Assembly (NCBI GenBank): GCA_963762145.1
Contig: CAVXJS010000021.1
Coordinates: forward strand, 1,024,001-1,088,000
Reading direction: 5' to 3'
From: an uncultured Candidatus Rokubacteria bacterium
Lineage (GTDB): Bacteria; Methylomirabilota; Methylomirabilia; Rokubacteriales; CSP1-6
Length of the DNA: 64,000 bases
Shown here: in pieces, positions 31,567 through 41,714 of the stretch
How positions within the stretch are numbered: position 1 is the stretch's first letter
How the letters are laid out: each line of letters starts with the position of its first letter
Notes under the pieces: model-generated
What the model saw: only the letters and a program-made list of their open reading frames with translations
Database searches by the model: none
What the model was told of the DNA's origin: nothing
Position numbers and translations under genes: made by a program

Positions 31567-33318
31567 TCAGCCCCGCGAGGGCGTCTCGGTCTCGCTCCGC
31601 TTGAGCAAGTAGTCGAGGCCGCCCACGCGATACCAGCGATATCCGTATGCCTCCAGAAGGAGGTGATGCTTGCCATCCTGGGCGGCCCGGCTGTGGTTGT
31701 CACTCAGGAGATTTACCAGCACCCGTCCTTCCGAGCCGCGCACGCCGGTTTCGAACGTGACCTCCCTAGGGGTGTCGGAGAGATTGTGCAGAAACACCAC
31801 CGAGTTGTTGCGCCAGTCATAGCGCATCGCGAGGACCGCGGGGCTCCGGATCGGGAGGACCTCGAATTCACCCCAGCCGACCTCGGGGATCTCCTTGCGC
31901 ATGCGGACGATGCGCTCGGTCCAGTTGAGCAGGGATTTGGGATCCCGACGCTGTTCCGCGGTGTTGACGTGCTCGTAACTGTAGGGCCCCTCGCTGATCA
32001 CGGGAAGAACGGGCTTATCCGCAGTGGTGAATCCTCCCTGGGGCTCCGCCGACCACTGCATCGGGGTGCGCGCGCAGTTGCGCTCAGCCAGCTTCAAGTC
32101 GTCGCCCATGCCGATCTCGTCGCCATAGCGGAGGACCGGCGTCCCGGGTAGCGTGAACAGCAAGCTATAGGCGAGCTCGATGATCCGCCGATCCCCGTTG
32201 AGCATGGGCGCGAGCCGACGCCGGATGCCTCTCCGATAGAGCTGCATGGTCTCCTCGGGACCGAAGCACTTGAACACCTGTTGCCGCTGCTCCTCGCTGA
32301 GGCGGCCGAGGTCCAGCTCGTCGTGGTTGCGAAGGAACAGGCACCACTGCGCCGCTTCCGGTCGATAGTTCGTGGCCTTCAGCGCGCGCACGAGCGGCCG
32401 GCAGTCCGACGCGGCCAGCGCATAGAACAGGTTCTGGTTGACATGGAAGTTGAACATCATGTGGATCCGGTCGCCGTCCTTGCCGAAGTAGTCCAGACCG
32501 GCTTCCGGGGAAACGTTCGCCTCGCCCAGAATGATGGAGTCGCCGACCCGCCACTGGAGGAAGGCGCGCAGCGACCGTAGCAGGTCGTATTGCGCCACCG
32601 CCTTCTTGACGCGCCCGCCCTTGGTGGAGATCAGGAACGGCACCGCATCCATCCGGAATCCGGAGACGCCGAGCTGGATCCAGAATCCCATGATCTTGAG
32701 GATCTCGGCTTGAACGTTGGGATTCGAGGTGTTGAGGTCCGGCTGGAAGTCGTAGAAGCGATGGAAGTACCAGGCGCGCGCTTCCTTGTCATAGGACCAG
32801 GTCGACTTCTGTACGCCGGGAAACACCATGCCCTCGTTAGCATTGGCCGGCTTCTTGTCGGACCAGACGTACCAGTCGCGGTACCGGGATTTGCGATCGC
32901 GACGCGCCTCCTGGAACCACGGGTGTTGATCGGACGTGTGATTGACCACCAAGTCGATGATGACGCGAATTCCACGCTGCTTGGCGCCGTGGGTGAATTC
33001 GACGAAGTCGCCCAAGGTCCCGTAGGCGGGATTCACGCCGTAGTAGTCGGAGACGTCGTAGCCATCGTCGGAGCCGGGGGAGGTCTGGAAGGGCATGAGC
33101 CAGATCGCGGTGACGCCGAGCCCGTGGAGGTAGTCCAGGCGGCGCATCAGGCCCTGGAAGTCGCCCACGCCGTCTCCGTTCGCGTCCATGAAGGTGCGGA
33201 CGGAGAGGCAGTAGATGACCCCGTTCTTGTACCAAAGATCGTTGATCGAGGGCGTCGCCCGGCGCGGGGCAGCACGCGCGGCGCGGCCGCGCGCTACTCG
33301 TTCCTGCGTCAACCTCAT
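31567..33318 (-). CDS. GH13 trehalose synthase-like protein
   Basis: WYKNGVIY, DLVVNHTS, GFRMDAVPFL, FLRNHDELDL, GIRRRLAP; start uncertain. Confidence 0.88.
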   Translation of the reverse strand: MRLTQERVARGRAARAAPRRATPSINDLWYKNGVIYCLSVRTFMDANGDGVGDFQGLMRRLDYLHGLGVTAIWLMPFQTSPGSDDGYDVSDYYGVNPAYGTLGDFVEFTHGAKQRGIRVIIDLVVNHTSDQHPWFQEARRDRKSRYRDWYVWSDKKPANANEGMVFPGVQKSTWSYDKEARAWYFHRFYDFQPDLNTSNPNVQAEILKIMGFWIQLGVSGFRMDAVPFLISTKGGRVKKAVAQYDLLRSLRAFLQWRVGDSIILGEANVSPEAGLDYFGKDGDRIHMMFNFHVNQNLFYALAASDCRPLVRALKATNYRPEAAQWCLFLRNHDELDLGRLSEEQRQQVFKCFGPEETMQLYRRGIRRRLAPMLNGDRRIIELAYSLLFTLPGTPVLRYGDEIGMGDDLKLAERNCARTPMQWSAEPQGGFTTADKPVLPVISEGPYSYEHVNTAEQRRDPKSLLNWTERIVRMRKEIPEVGWGEFEVLPIRSPAVLAMRYDWRNNSVVFLHNLSDTPREVTFETGVRGSEGRVLVNLLSDNHSRAAQDGKHHLLLEAYGYRWYRVGGLDYLLKRSETETPSRG

Positions 33319-33370
33319 CCTCCGTGTTCGGCTCTCGGTCCCGACTGGTCGCCCGACTGGTCGAGGGTAA

Positions 33371-33386
33371 AGCAAGCGGAGTGCCG
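33371..33386 (-). promoter_or_regulatory. Sigma54 promoter of the GH13 operon
   Basis: Minus strand CGGCAC-TCCGC-TTGCT. Confidence 0.7.
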
Positions 33387-33601
33387 TGCGCCGGAGCGCG
33401 ATTTAATGCGGAGTTCTGAGCCGGAACATCAGCTCTGCGAAACGAGTGCCGGGTGATCTTTTCCGGCCGGGCAGGCTCGGGCGGGTGCGCGCAACGCCAG
33501 GTTCCCCTTCAGGCGCCCCGCCCGCGCGAGGCTCTTGAGTCAGAGAGAGGATCATGCAACGCTCAGGGCCCTAGAGGGCCGGGATCGGGCACTAGGATCG
33601 A

Positions 33602-33724
33602 GCGACGTTGGCCCTCCGTGTCGCCCACTGCGCCTACGTGCTGGATCGGGGCCGGGTCGCTCTCGAAGGCCCGTCCGCGACGATCCGGAACGACCCGCGG
33701 CTCCTGCGCTACCTGGCGCCGTAG
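33602..33724 (+). pseudogene. C-terminal remnant of a LivF-type ABC ATPase
   Basis: ATLALRVAHCAYVLDRGRVALEGPSATIRNDPRLLRYLAP*; no Walker A/B upstream. Confidence 0.75.
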
Positions 33725-33754
33725 GCCCATGACCCATTCAACAAGGAGGCTCCC

Positions 33755-35269
33755 ATGGCCGTCTCACCGCCGACCCTAGACCAGCTCAAGGCAATCGCCG
33801 ACTCGATGGGGCTCTCCCTCACCGAGAGCGACCTCACGTCGTTCCGCGACCTCATGAAGCCGAGCATCGATGGCTACAACGTCGTGGACGCGCTGCCGGA
33901 CAATCTCCCGCCCGTGAAGTATCCGCGCACGCCGGGCTTCCGGCCCCAGCCCGAGGACAACCCGCGCAACGCCTGGTACGTCAAGACCCAGGTGGACGGC
34001 GCTCCCAGCGGGAAGCTCAAGGGAAAGACCGTCGTGCTCAAGGACAACGTCATGCTCGCGGGGGTGCCGATGATGAACGGCGCCTCCACGCTCGAGGGCT
34101 ACACGCCCGAGATCGACGCCACCATCGTCACCCGGATCCTCGATGCGGGGGGAACCATCGTCGGCAAGGCCCACTGCGAATATTTCTGCCTGTCCGGCGG
34201 CAGCCATACCAACGCCACCGGCCCGGTCCACAATCCTCACAAGATGGGCTACTCGGCGGGCGGCTCGTCGTCGGGCAGCGCGGTGCTGGTCGCGCTGCGC
34301 GAGGCCGACATGGCGATCGGGGGTGACCAGGGCGGGTCGATCCGCATGCCGGCCTCGTTCTGCGGCATCTACGGGATGAAGCCGACCCACGGGCTCGTTC
34401 CCTACACCGGCATCATGCCGATCGAGATCTACGTCGACCATACCGGCCCGATGACCGGGACGGTGAAGGACAACGCGCTGCTCCTTGAAGTGATCGCGGG
34501 AGCCGACGGGTACGACCCTCGCCAGTACTCGCCGAAGGTGCATCCCTACACCGAAGCCCTCGGGCGCGGTGTCGACGGCCTCAAGATCGGCATCGTCAAG
34601 GAGGGCTTCGGCCTGCCCAACTCCGAGCGCGACGTGGACGCCAAGGTCCGCAAGGCGGGCGAGCTGCTCGGCAAGCTCGGCGCGAAGATCACGGAGGTCT
34701 CGATCCCGTGGCACACGCTGGCGGGCGCGCTGTGGCTTCCCATCGGCGTGGAAGGCCTGACGCAGACGATGATGTGGGGCGACGGGTACGGGCTCAGCCG
34801 TCCCGACCTCTACGTCGCCAGCCTGATGGACTTCCATCGCGGCTGGCGGCATCGGGCGAACGAGCTCTCGGAAACGACGAAGCTCTTCACGCTCCTCGGG
34901 ACCTACATCCACGAGCACCACGGCAGCCGCTATTACGGCAAGGCCATGAACATCACCCGACGCCTGATCGCGGCCTACGACAGTGTCCTCGACCAGCACG
35001 ATCTGCTGCTGATGCCGACCACGCCGATGAAGGCGCCGCCGATGCCGAAGCCGGGCGCGCCCCGCGAGGAGGTCGTCCAGCGCGCCCTCGAGATGATCAC
35101 GAACACGGCCCCCTTTGACATCTCGCACCACCCGGCCATGGCCATCCCGTGCGGCATGAGCGGTGGCCTGCCGGTGAGCATGATGCTGGTGGGCAAGCAC
35201 TGGGACGAGCCGACGATCTACCGTGCCGCGGCCGCCTTTGAAGGAGCGGGCGACTGGAAGTCGATGTAG
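33755..35269 (+). CDS. Amidase signature family amidase
   Basis: LKDN, GGSSSGS, GGDQGGSIRMPAS. Confidence 0.93.
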   Translation: MAVSPPTLDQLKAIADSMGLSLTESDLTSFRDLMKPSIDGYNVVDALPDNLPPVKYPRTPGFRPQPEDNPRNAWYVKTQVDGAPSGKLKGKTVVLKDNVMLAGVPMMNGASTLEGYTPEIDATIVTRILDAGGTIVGKAHCEYFCLSGGSHTNATGPVHNPHKMGYSAGGSSSGSAVLVALREADMAIGGDQGGSIRMPASFCGIYGMKPTHGLVPYTGIMPIEIYVDHTGPMTGTVKDNALLLEVIAGADGYDPRQYSPKVHPYTEALGRGVDGLKIGIVKEGFGLPNSERDVDAKVRKAGELLGKLGAKITEVSIPWHTLAGALWLPIGVEGLTQTMMWGDGYGLSRPDLYVASLMDFHRGWRHRANELSETTKLFTLLGTYIHEHHGSRYYGKAMNITRRLIAAYDSVLDQHDLLLMPTTPMKAPPMPKPGAPREEVVQRALEMITNTAPFDISHHPAMAIPCGMSGGLPVSMMLVGKHWDEPTIYRAAAAFEGAGDWKSM

Positions 35270-35283
35270 AGGGACCGCCGCTC

Positions 35284-35598
35284 CTATCTTCGCTGCTTCA
35301 GGAGCCAGTCGATGGCGGCCGACGGGTCCGGCTCGGCGGTCCCCGGCGGCGGGGCGGCGACCGGGGGGGCCGGCGCCGGAGCGGGGGCCGGCTCCGGCGG
35401 CCGGGCCGGCTCGACGGAGCGTGCCGGGGCCGGGGTCTCAGCCGAGACGGGCGCGCTCCGGGCGGGGACCTCCCGCAGCCGATCGGACCGCGGCTCGGTG
35501 CGCGGCGGTGCCGTGGCCTCGCGCCGAAACGGCCAGACACAGCCGTGCGCCGCGACCGCGATCAGACCCAGGCACAGCAGACGGCCGACGATGGACGT
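35284..35598 (-). CDS. Small Pro-rich putative lipoprotein (apparent ACG start)
   Basis: GAGGAGG-N5-ACG TCC ATC...; hydrophobic stretch ending AAHGC, Pro-rich body, C-terminal DPSAAIDWLL. Confidence 0.5.
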   Translation of the reverse strand, partial: TSIVGRLLCLGLIAVAAHGCVWPFRREATAPPRTEPRSDRLREVPARSAPVSAETPAPARSVEPARPPEPAPAPAPAPPVAAPPPGTAEPDPSAAIDWLLKQRR

Positions 35599-35645
35599 AG
35601 AAGCCTCCTCGAGAGCGCGGTCGTGTCGAGAGCATCTTAGCCGAT

Positions 35646-36623
35646 CTACTCGATCACGTGGTCGGCCCGGAACAGGACCGACTGCGGGATGGTCAGGCCC
35701 AGGGTCTTGGCGGTCCGGAGGTTGATGACGAGCTCCACCTTCGTGGGCTCCTCGACGGGAAGATCCGCCGGCTTCGCCCCCTTGAGGATCTTGTGCACGA
35801 AGCTGGCGGCCTGGCGATACATCTCCGGGTAGTTCACGCCGTAGACCGTCAGCCCTCCGACAAACTCCAGCGACGCATAGATCGCCGGCAGCCGGCGCCG
35901 GGCCGCGAGGTCGACGATGACGTGTTGATTCGCCTGCGTCAGCGTCTCGAGCCCCACGATGAGCGCGTCGGCCCGCTGCCGGACCGCGGCATCGAAGGCC
36001 GGCGCGAGATCCTCGGCCTTCCGCACGTCGAGGAGATGGGGCTCCACGCCCAGGGAGCGCGCGGCCTGCTCGACCTCTCGCCACTGGGACGGGAGCGCCG
36101 GATTGCTCATGTTGAAGAGGGCCGCCAGTCGCGTCGCCTTCGGCACCAGCTCCATGATCAGCTGGACACGCTTCGGAAAGATCTCGGTCACCGCGGCGCT
36201 CAGTCCCGTGACGTTCCGGCCCGGGCGGGCGAGGCTGGCGACGATCCCCTGTCCGACCGGATCGCCGACTCCGGTGAAGACCACCGGGATCGTCGCGGTG
36301 GCATTCCTCGCCGCGAGCGCGGCCGGCGTCCCCCTCGTCAGGATCAGACTCACCTTCGACTGAACCATGTCGGCGGCGAGGATCGGGAACTGGTCGTCGC
36401 GGCCGTCGGCCGAGCGGTAGTCGATGACGAACCGCTCCCCCTCGACATACCCGCGTTCCCGGAGCCCCTGTCGAAAGGCATTGAGGTTGGCCGCATTGAC
36501 CGCCGTCGACGTCCTCTCGAGCATGCCGATGCGATACGGCCTGTCCAGGTGTTGCGCCCGTGCGACGAGCGGCGCGGCGAGCAGGCCGCCCGCCAAGGTA
36601 CAGATGAATCCACGGCGATCCAT
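35646..36623 (-). CDS. ABC_sub_bind-type substrate-binding protein (Tat-like signal)
   Basis: MDRRGF, DPVGQGIVASLARPGRNVTG, ILKGAKPADLPVEEPTK. Confidence 0.92.
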   Translation of the reverse strand: MDRRGFICTLAGGLLAAPLVARAQHLDRPYRIGMLERTSTAVNAANLNAFRQGLRERGYVEGERFVIDYRSADGRDDQFPILAADMVQSKVSLILTRGTPAALAARNATATIPVVFTGVGDPVGQGIVASLARPGRNVTGLSAAVTEIFPKRVQLIMELVPKATRLAALFNMSNPALPSQWREVEQAARSLGVEPHLLDVRKAEDLAPAFDAAVRQRADALIVGLETLTQANQHVIVDLAARRRLPAIYASLEFVGGLTVYGVNYPEMYRQAASFVHKILKGAKPADLPVEEPTKVELVINLRTAKTLGLTIPQSVLFRADHVIE

Positions 36624-36874
36624 GAGCGATCTCCTATCCGAAGCACGGGACGAACCGGGATTCTCATCCCGGACACTGGCCGCCCCATTGCGGCCTCCGC
36701 CGCGCCGGCTCTCCCGCGAACCAGCGCGGCCGGGTTCCCCAAGGCACGAGCAATGCCAGAGACCTGCTCCAGGAGAAACAGCGGGTTGCGGCGCACGCGG
36801 TCACGTGAGATTCGGGCGTGATGCCCGAATCGGGCACCGAGGAGCGGGCGCTGCGACCGCGGCCGACGTGCTCT

Positions 36875-38209
36875 CTAGTCCGCCCAGAGCTCGATCGGGG
36901 TGTCACGCCCGCGCAACACGCTGGGCCCCCGCGCGGTCAGGCCGGCGAGGAGCGTGAGATCGGCGGCCTCGCGCTCGACGGCGGCCACGAGCGCGGCGCT
37001 GGCCACGATGGTGACGCGGAGCTCGCGCGTGAGGGCCTGCAGCCGGCTGGTGACATTGGTGGTGTCGCCGACCGTCGCGAAGGCCATGCTGCGGCGGCTA
37101 CCGATGTCGCCGGCCACCACCGGGCCGTAGTGCAGACCCAGCCCGATCTTCAGAGGCCGCAGACCGGCCGCCTCCCGCTCGACGTTCCAGGCCGTGAGGG
37201 CCGCCAGCATGCCGCGGGCGCAGGCCAGCGCGTCGGTCGCGTCCCGGCGCCCGGTATCGGGGACCCCGAACGTCGCCAGCAACGCGTCGCCGATGAACTT
37301 CTCCAGGCAGCCGCCGTGGCGAAAGACTTCCTCCTCCATGCGGCCGTGGAAGTCGCGCAGCAGCGCCATGACCTCCTCCGGCGTCATCTCCTCGGCCATG
37401 GTGGTGAACCCGACCAGGTCGGCGAAGAGCACGCCCACCGCCTGCCGGCGCACGCGGCCCAGCGGCTCGTCCCGCTCGGCCAGCGTGTCCACCACCTTGG
37501 GCGAGAAGTAGCGGGCGAGGTTCCCGCGGGCGCGCTCGGCCTCGGCCCGCTCGGCCACCAGCGCGCGCGACCGCCGGACCAGGAGCGCCAGACCGGCGCT
37601 CACCAGCAGGAACACGATGATCTCGTTCTGGTACTTGAGCACCGAGACGTAGTTCGGATCGAAGTAGGCGGCGCGCATCGCCTCGCGGCTGGCCCCGCGG
37701 GGTGGGTCCGTGATGCTCCCGGGACGGCTCAGGATCCAGAGAAACCCGGCCGTCCACGCGCCGGCCCCGCACAGTCCGGTCCACAGGAGCAGCCGGGGCC
37801 GGAACGAGAACGCGGCCTGCATGAGCAAGACGAAGAAGTACATGAACGTGGCGAAGCGCAGCGGCATCGGCGGCGGTATCTGGGGGATGACGTAAGGATT
37901 CGGTAGCAGCAGGACCGCGGCCAGGGCCAGCGAATCCACCAGGATGAACAGGTAGGCAGCCAGTCGGAGCGCCCGGCCGCGAGAGTAGAGCCAGAGCTGG
38001 GCGAGGCCGGTCGCGAGGAAGAAGGCCGCGCCCCCGAGGACCCAGGCGTAGGCGCGGCCCCGCTCGGGGTTCGCCACCGCGAGCCACCCCAGGATGAACA
38101 CGATCGCCGCCGAGCGCGCGGCGGCCGCCACCATCAGGCCCCGCCGCTCCTCACGAGCGAAGGCGGCGTCCAGCCGGTCCCGGGCTCCGAGGTCGCGCAC
38201 GGCGGTCAT
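36875..38209 (-). CDS. Membrane-bound class III adenylate/guanylate cyclase
   Basis: About 6 TM, LFADLVGFT, EKFIGDA, GDTTNVTSRL. Confidence 0.9.
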   Translation of the reverse strand: MTAVRDLGARDRLDAAFAREERRGLMVAAAARSAAIVFILGWLAVANPERGRAYAWVLGGAAFFLATGLAQLWLYSRGRALRLAAYLFILVDSLALAAVLLLPNPYVIPQIPPPMPLRFATFMYFFVLLMQAAFSFRPRLLLWTGLCGAGAWTAGFLWILSRPGSITDPPRGASREAMRAAYFDPNYVSVLKYQNEIIVFLLVSAGLALLVRRSRALVAERAEAERARGNLARYFSPKVVDTLAERDEPLGRVRRQAVGVLFADLVGFTTMAEEMTPEEVMALLRDFHGRMEEEVFRHGGCLEKFIGDALLATFGVPDTGRRDATDALACARGMLAALTAWNVEREAAGLRPLKIGLGLHYGPVVAGDIGSRRSMAFATVGDTTNVTSRLQALTRELRVTIVASAALVAAVEREAADLTLLAGLTARGPSVLRGRDTPIELWAD

Positions 38210-38329
38210 CAGGAATGCTGCATAGCATACCGGCCGCAGAAACGCGACCTGACGACGGCATGGCCGAGCCTCACCGAGCGGTGGTAACGTTAGGGGGTCG
38301 CTCACCATCACCAACCAGGAGATCCGTGC

Positions 38330-39574
38330 ATGCCACGTTTGAACTTCGGCGCCTTCATCGCCCCCCACCATCCGATCGGTGAGCACCCGATGCTGCAGTT
38401 CCGGCGCGATCTCGACCTGGTGGAGCACCTGGACAAGCTCGGCTACGAGGAGTTCTGGTGCGGCGAGCATCACTCGAGCGGCTGGGAGATGATCGCCTCG
38501 CCCGAGATGTTCCTCGCCGCGGCGGCCGAGCGCTCGAAGCGCATCAAGCTTGCGACCGGGGTGATCTCCCTGCCCTATCACCATCCCTACAACGTGGCGC
38601 AGCGGATGGTGCAGCTCGACTACATGACCGGCGGCCGGGCGATCTTCGGCTCGGGCCCCGGGGCCCTGGCGTCCGACGCGCACACCCTCGCGATCGATCC
38701 CATGCTCCTCCGCGACCGCCAGGACGAGGCCATCGGCGTCATCCGCCGTCTGTTCCGCGGCGAGCGCATCACCTACAAGTCCGACTGGTTCACGCTCCAG
38801 GACGCCGCCCTGCAGCTGCTGCCGCTCCAGGAGGAGATGCCCTGCGCGGTCGCGTCCCAGATCAGCCCGTCGGGCATGACGCTGGCCGGAAAGCACGGGA
38901 TCGGCATCATCTCGATCGGTTCCCTGTCGGAGGAAGGGCTGAACGCCCTGCCGACCCAGTGGGGCTTCGCGGAGGCCGCGGCCGCCAAGCACGGCCAGAC
39001 CGTGGACCGCAAGAACTGGCGGGTGCTGCTGAGCTGGCACATCGCGGAGACCCGGGAGAAGGCCATCGCCGAGGCCCGCGACGGCCTGTTCCGCCACCAC
39101 AACGAGTACATCACGGCGACCCTGCAGCGGCCCGGCGCGCGTGCGTACGCGACCCCCGAGGAGGCGGTGGAGAAGACCGCCTTCGTTCCCGGCGCAGTCG
39201 CCACGATCGGGACCCCGGACGATCTCGTGAAGCGGATCAAGTCCGTCCTCGACATCTCCGGCGGCTTCGGCACCGTCGTCGGCTTCGTCCACGACTGGGC
39301 CAACCCGGAGAACACGATGCGAAGCTGGGACATGGTGGCCCGCTACGTGGTGCCGGAGATCAACGGCTACATGGCCGGACTGCGCAAGTCCCGCGAGTTC
39401 GTCGCCTCCAACCGCGAGTACTTCGACCGCGCCCGCGAAGCGGTGATGGCGAAGATCACCGAGAACGAGGCCGCGGCCGCTGCGCTCACGGTCACGAAGT
39501 CGCCGCTCCTGGCCGCCTCGGCCGGCAACGTGCCGGATCTCGATGAGGCGCGGGCCCGGCTCAAGGCGCGCTGA
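38330..39574 (+). CDS. LLM class flavin-dependent oxidoreductase (LimB-like)
   Basis: FWCGEHHSSGWE, SLPYHHP. Confidence 0.9.
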   Translation: MPRLNFGAFIAPHHPIGEHPMLQFRRDLDLVEHLDKLGYEEFWCGEHHSSGWEMIASPEMFLAAAAERSKRIKLATGVISLPYHHPYNVAQRMVQLDYMTGGRAIFGSGPGALASDAHTLAIDPMLLRDRQDEAIGVIRRLFRGERITYKSDWFTLQDAALQLLPLQEEMPCAVASQISPSGMTLAGKHGIGIISIGSLSEEGLNALPTQWGFAEAAAAKHGQTVDRKNWRVLLSWHIAETREKAIAEARDGLFRHHNEYITATLQRPGARAYATPEEAVEKTAFVPGAVATIGTPDDLVKRIKSVLDISGGFGTVVGFVHDWANPENTMRSWDMVARYVVPEINGYMAGLRKSREFVASNREYFDRAREAVMAKITENEAAAAALTVTKSPLLAASAGNVPDLDEARARLKAR

Positions 39575-39583
39575 CGCAGCCGT

Positions 39584-40171
39584 TCACTCGGGCACCGGGA
39601 TGCGGCCGACGACCTCGACGCCCGCCTCGCTGCCCGGCTTGGGCCTGACCACCACGGTCTCGGCCTGGCGGGGCATGATCCCGACCAGGGCTTGAACCGT
39701 CAGCGCGTGGGTCACCACCACGAGCGCGCCGGGGCCGCGCCAGCTGGCCAGCAGCTCCCTCAACGCGGCGAGCCGGTCCCGGCTCTGGCCGGATGCCGCC
39801 GCGGTCCACGTGCCATCGACCGGACCCAGGGCCATCAGCCGCGCCGTCTCCAGGCACCGGCACCAGGGGGAGGAAAGGACCTTCTCGGCGCGGACACCGC
39901 GCTGACGAAAAGCCTCACCTAGCGCCTTCGCCTGCGCCCGTCCCTTCTCGTCCAGATTTCGCTGGGTCGCGCAGTCGTCGATCTTGAATCCGGGTGGGTC
40001 GCCGCCGTAGCCGGGCGGCGCGTTCCCGTGGCGGATCAGCGCGACGTGCCCACCGTTGACGAGCGCGGCCCACGCGTCGCGGGATTCATCGGCCGCCGCG
40101 ACCGACGCGGTGAGCAGCCAGAGGGCAAGCGTGGCGAGCACGAGCCACCCAGGCGCCCTGTCCTTATCCAT
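39584..40171 (-). CDS. Histidine phosphatase family protein (secreted)
   Basis: IRHG, SSPWCRC, VVVTH. Confidence 0.85.
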   Translation of the reverse strand: MDKDRAPGWLVLATLALWLLTASVAAADESRDAWAALVNGGHVALIRHGNAPPGYGGDPPGFKIDDCATQRNLDEKGRAQAKALGEAFRQRGVRAEKVLSSPWCRCLETARLMALGPVDGTWTAAASGQSRDRLAALRELLASWRGPGALVVVTHALTVQALVGIMPRQAETVVVRPKPGSEAGVEVVGRIPVPE

Positions 40172-40192
40172 CAGGCCAGATCGCCAGAGACC

Positions 40193-41458
40193 TCAGCCGG
40201 CGTAGATCTTCTTCATCTCGCCGCTCGCCCACGCGACCGCGTCCTCCGGCTTCATGCCCTGGATGCTCTTGGCGAACATGTCGACGAGGATGTACTTCGA
40301 CAGCGCTTCGGTCGCCTTGCGCCCGGGAGGGCCCGCGAACCCGACCGGTCGCGCGTACTGCAGGGTCTCGGGGAACACCGCCGTCTTCGGGTCCTTCTTC
40401 CACACCGCGTGGTCGCGGTACCCCTTGGTGGCGGGGATGCCGAAGGTGTCCATGACCTCGAAGTACTTGTCGTACTGCGCGCGGTCCATGTACCAGCGCA
40501 CGAACTCCTTCGCGACCTTCTGGTTCTTCGAGTACTTCATCACGCAGGAGTTCCAGCAGGGCAAGAAGTAGAAGCGGCCGGCGGGGCCGGGCGGATAGTG
40601 GCCGTGGTTCGTGCCCTTGTAGACGTCGGGGAACTTGCCCCGGGCGGCGATGTAGATCGACGGCGCGTTACCGGTGAGCGAGATCTCCGACGAGAGGAAC
40701 GCGCGGTTGTTGTTGCTGTCGTCCCAGGCGAGCCCGCCCTCGTCGAAGCAGTCCTTCCACGTCGCCAGGGTGAACTTCACGGCCTCGAGCGTGTTCTTGC
40801 TGTTCAGCGCGACCGTCTTGCCGTCCTTCTCGACCTCCATGCCCCCCCACATCCACACGATCGGGTACGCCCACGCGTTGGGATCGTTGATGCTATGCCC
40901 GAGCGCCTGGCCGAACGGCCGGCCCTTCGCCTTCATGGCGCGGCCGACCTTGCGGAAGTCGTCCCACGTCTTGGGATACTCGTGGCCGGCTTCCTTGAAC
41001 CAGTCCTCCCGATAGGTCACCGCCCACGAGATGAGGAAGTACGGCACGCCGACCCAGCGGCCGCCGCTCGTCAGGCAGTTGCTCTTGGGATAGTCGTACC
41101 ACCCACCCTGCTGGCCCCCGATCACCTCGGCGACGTCGGTCATGTCCACGAGGCTGTTCTCGTAGAGCAGCGGGTGATTGTTCGCGATGGTCACGATGTC
41201 GGCGCCGCTACCGCTCTGGATCGCGGATGTGATGCGCGCCTGGATGTCGTTCTGATTGATGCGCTCGGCGACGACCTCGACCCCGGCCTGCTTGCCGAAC
41301 TCCTTCGCCTGCTGATCGAAGAGCTGATCCGCGGCGGGGACGAAGTGGGCCCACTGGAGGACGTGGAGCCGCGTGCCCTGGGCGAAGGCGGGCGGCCGAC
41401 GCGCGGCGAGCATGGTGGAGACGGCGGCACTGCCGGCGATGAAGCGTCGACGGTTCAT
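40193..41458 (-). CDS. Carbohydrate-type ABC substrate-binding protein (Tat), orphan
   Basis: MNRRRF signal, WDDSNNNRAF, family 1 SBP pattern. Confidence 0.85.
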   Translation of the reverse strand: MNRRRFIAGSAAVSTMLAARRPPAFAQGTRLHVLQWAHFVPAADQLFDQQAKEFGKQAGVEVVAERINQNDIQARITSAIQSGSGADIVTIANNHPLLYENSLVDMTDVAEVIGGQQGGWYDYPKSNCLTSGGRWVGVPYFLISWAVTYREDWFKEAGHEYPKTWDDFRKVGRAMKAKGRPFGQALGHSINDPNAWAYPIVWMWGGMEVEKDGKTVALNSKNTLEAVKFTLATWKDCFDEGGLAWDDSNNNRAFLSSEISLTGNAPSIYIAARGKFPDVYKGTNHGHYPPGPAGRFYFLPCWNSCVMKYSKNQKVAKEFVRWYMDRAQYDKYFEVMDTFGIPATKGYRDHAVWKKDPKTAVFPETLQYARPVGFAGPPGRKATEALSKYILVDMFAKSIQGMKPEDAVAWASGEMKKIYAG

Positions 41459-41714
41459 GGCGAATCCTCCTGTCTCCTGTGAGTGGCGCGCGCGGGCGGA
41501 GATCATGGTAGCCCAGCCGCAGACGCTCAGCCAGGCAGCATCGCTTGCCCCGCGCTCGTCCCGCTTCACCACCATGTGGGACGAATCTACCGAGGCCGCG
41601 CGCAGGAGTCTGGGGCGAACCTAGGGAATTCTCAGGGAAAACCGCGACGGCAAGGATCCGGGAATACGCCCCAAGCCCTGCCCGTCATAGTCGGCGAGAG
41701 GAGGAACATCGACC

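Noticed and set aside
33340-33363. 12-bp tandem repeat cccgactggtcg x2 in the GH13 operon leader
   Set aside because: Only two copies and no recognisable function; cannot be told apart from a chance duplication
36744-36758. Possible sigma54 promoter (TGGCAT-TGCTC-GTGC) upstream of the ABC_sub_bind gene
   Set aside because: Imperfect -12 element and a similarly weak match on the opposite strand; insufficient support
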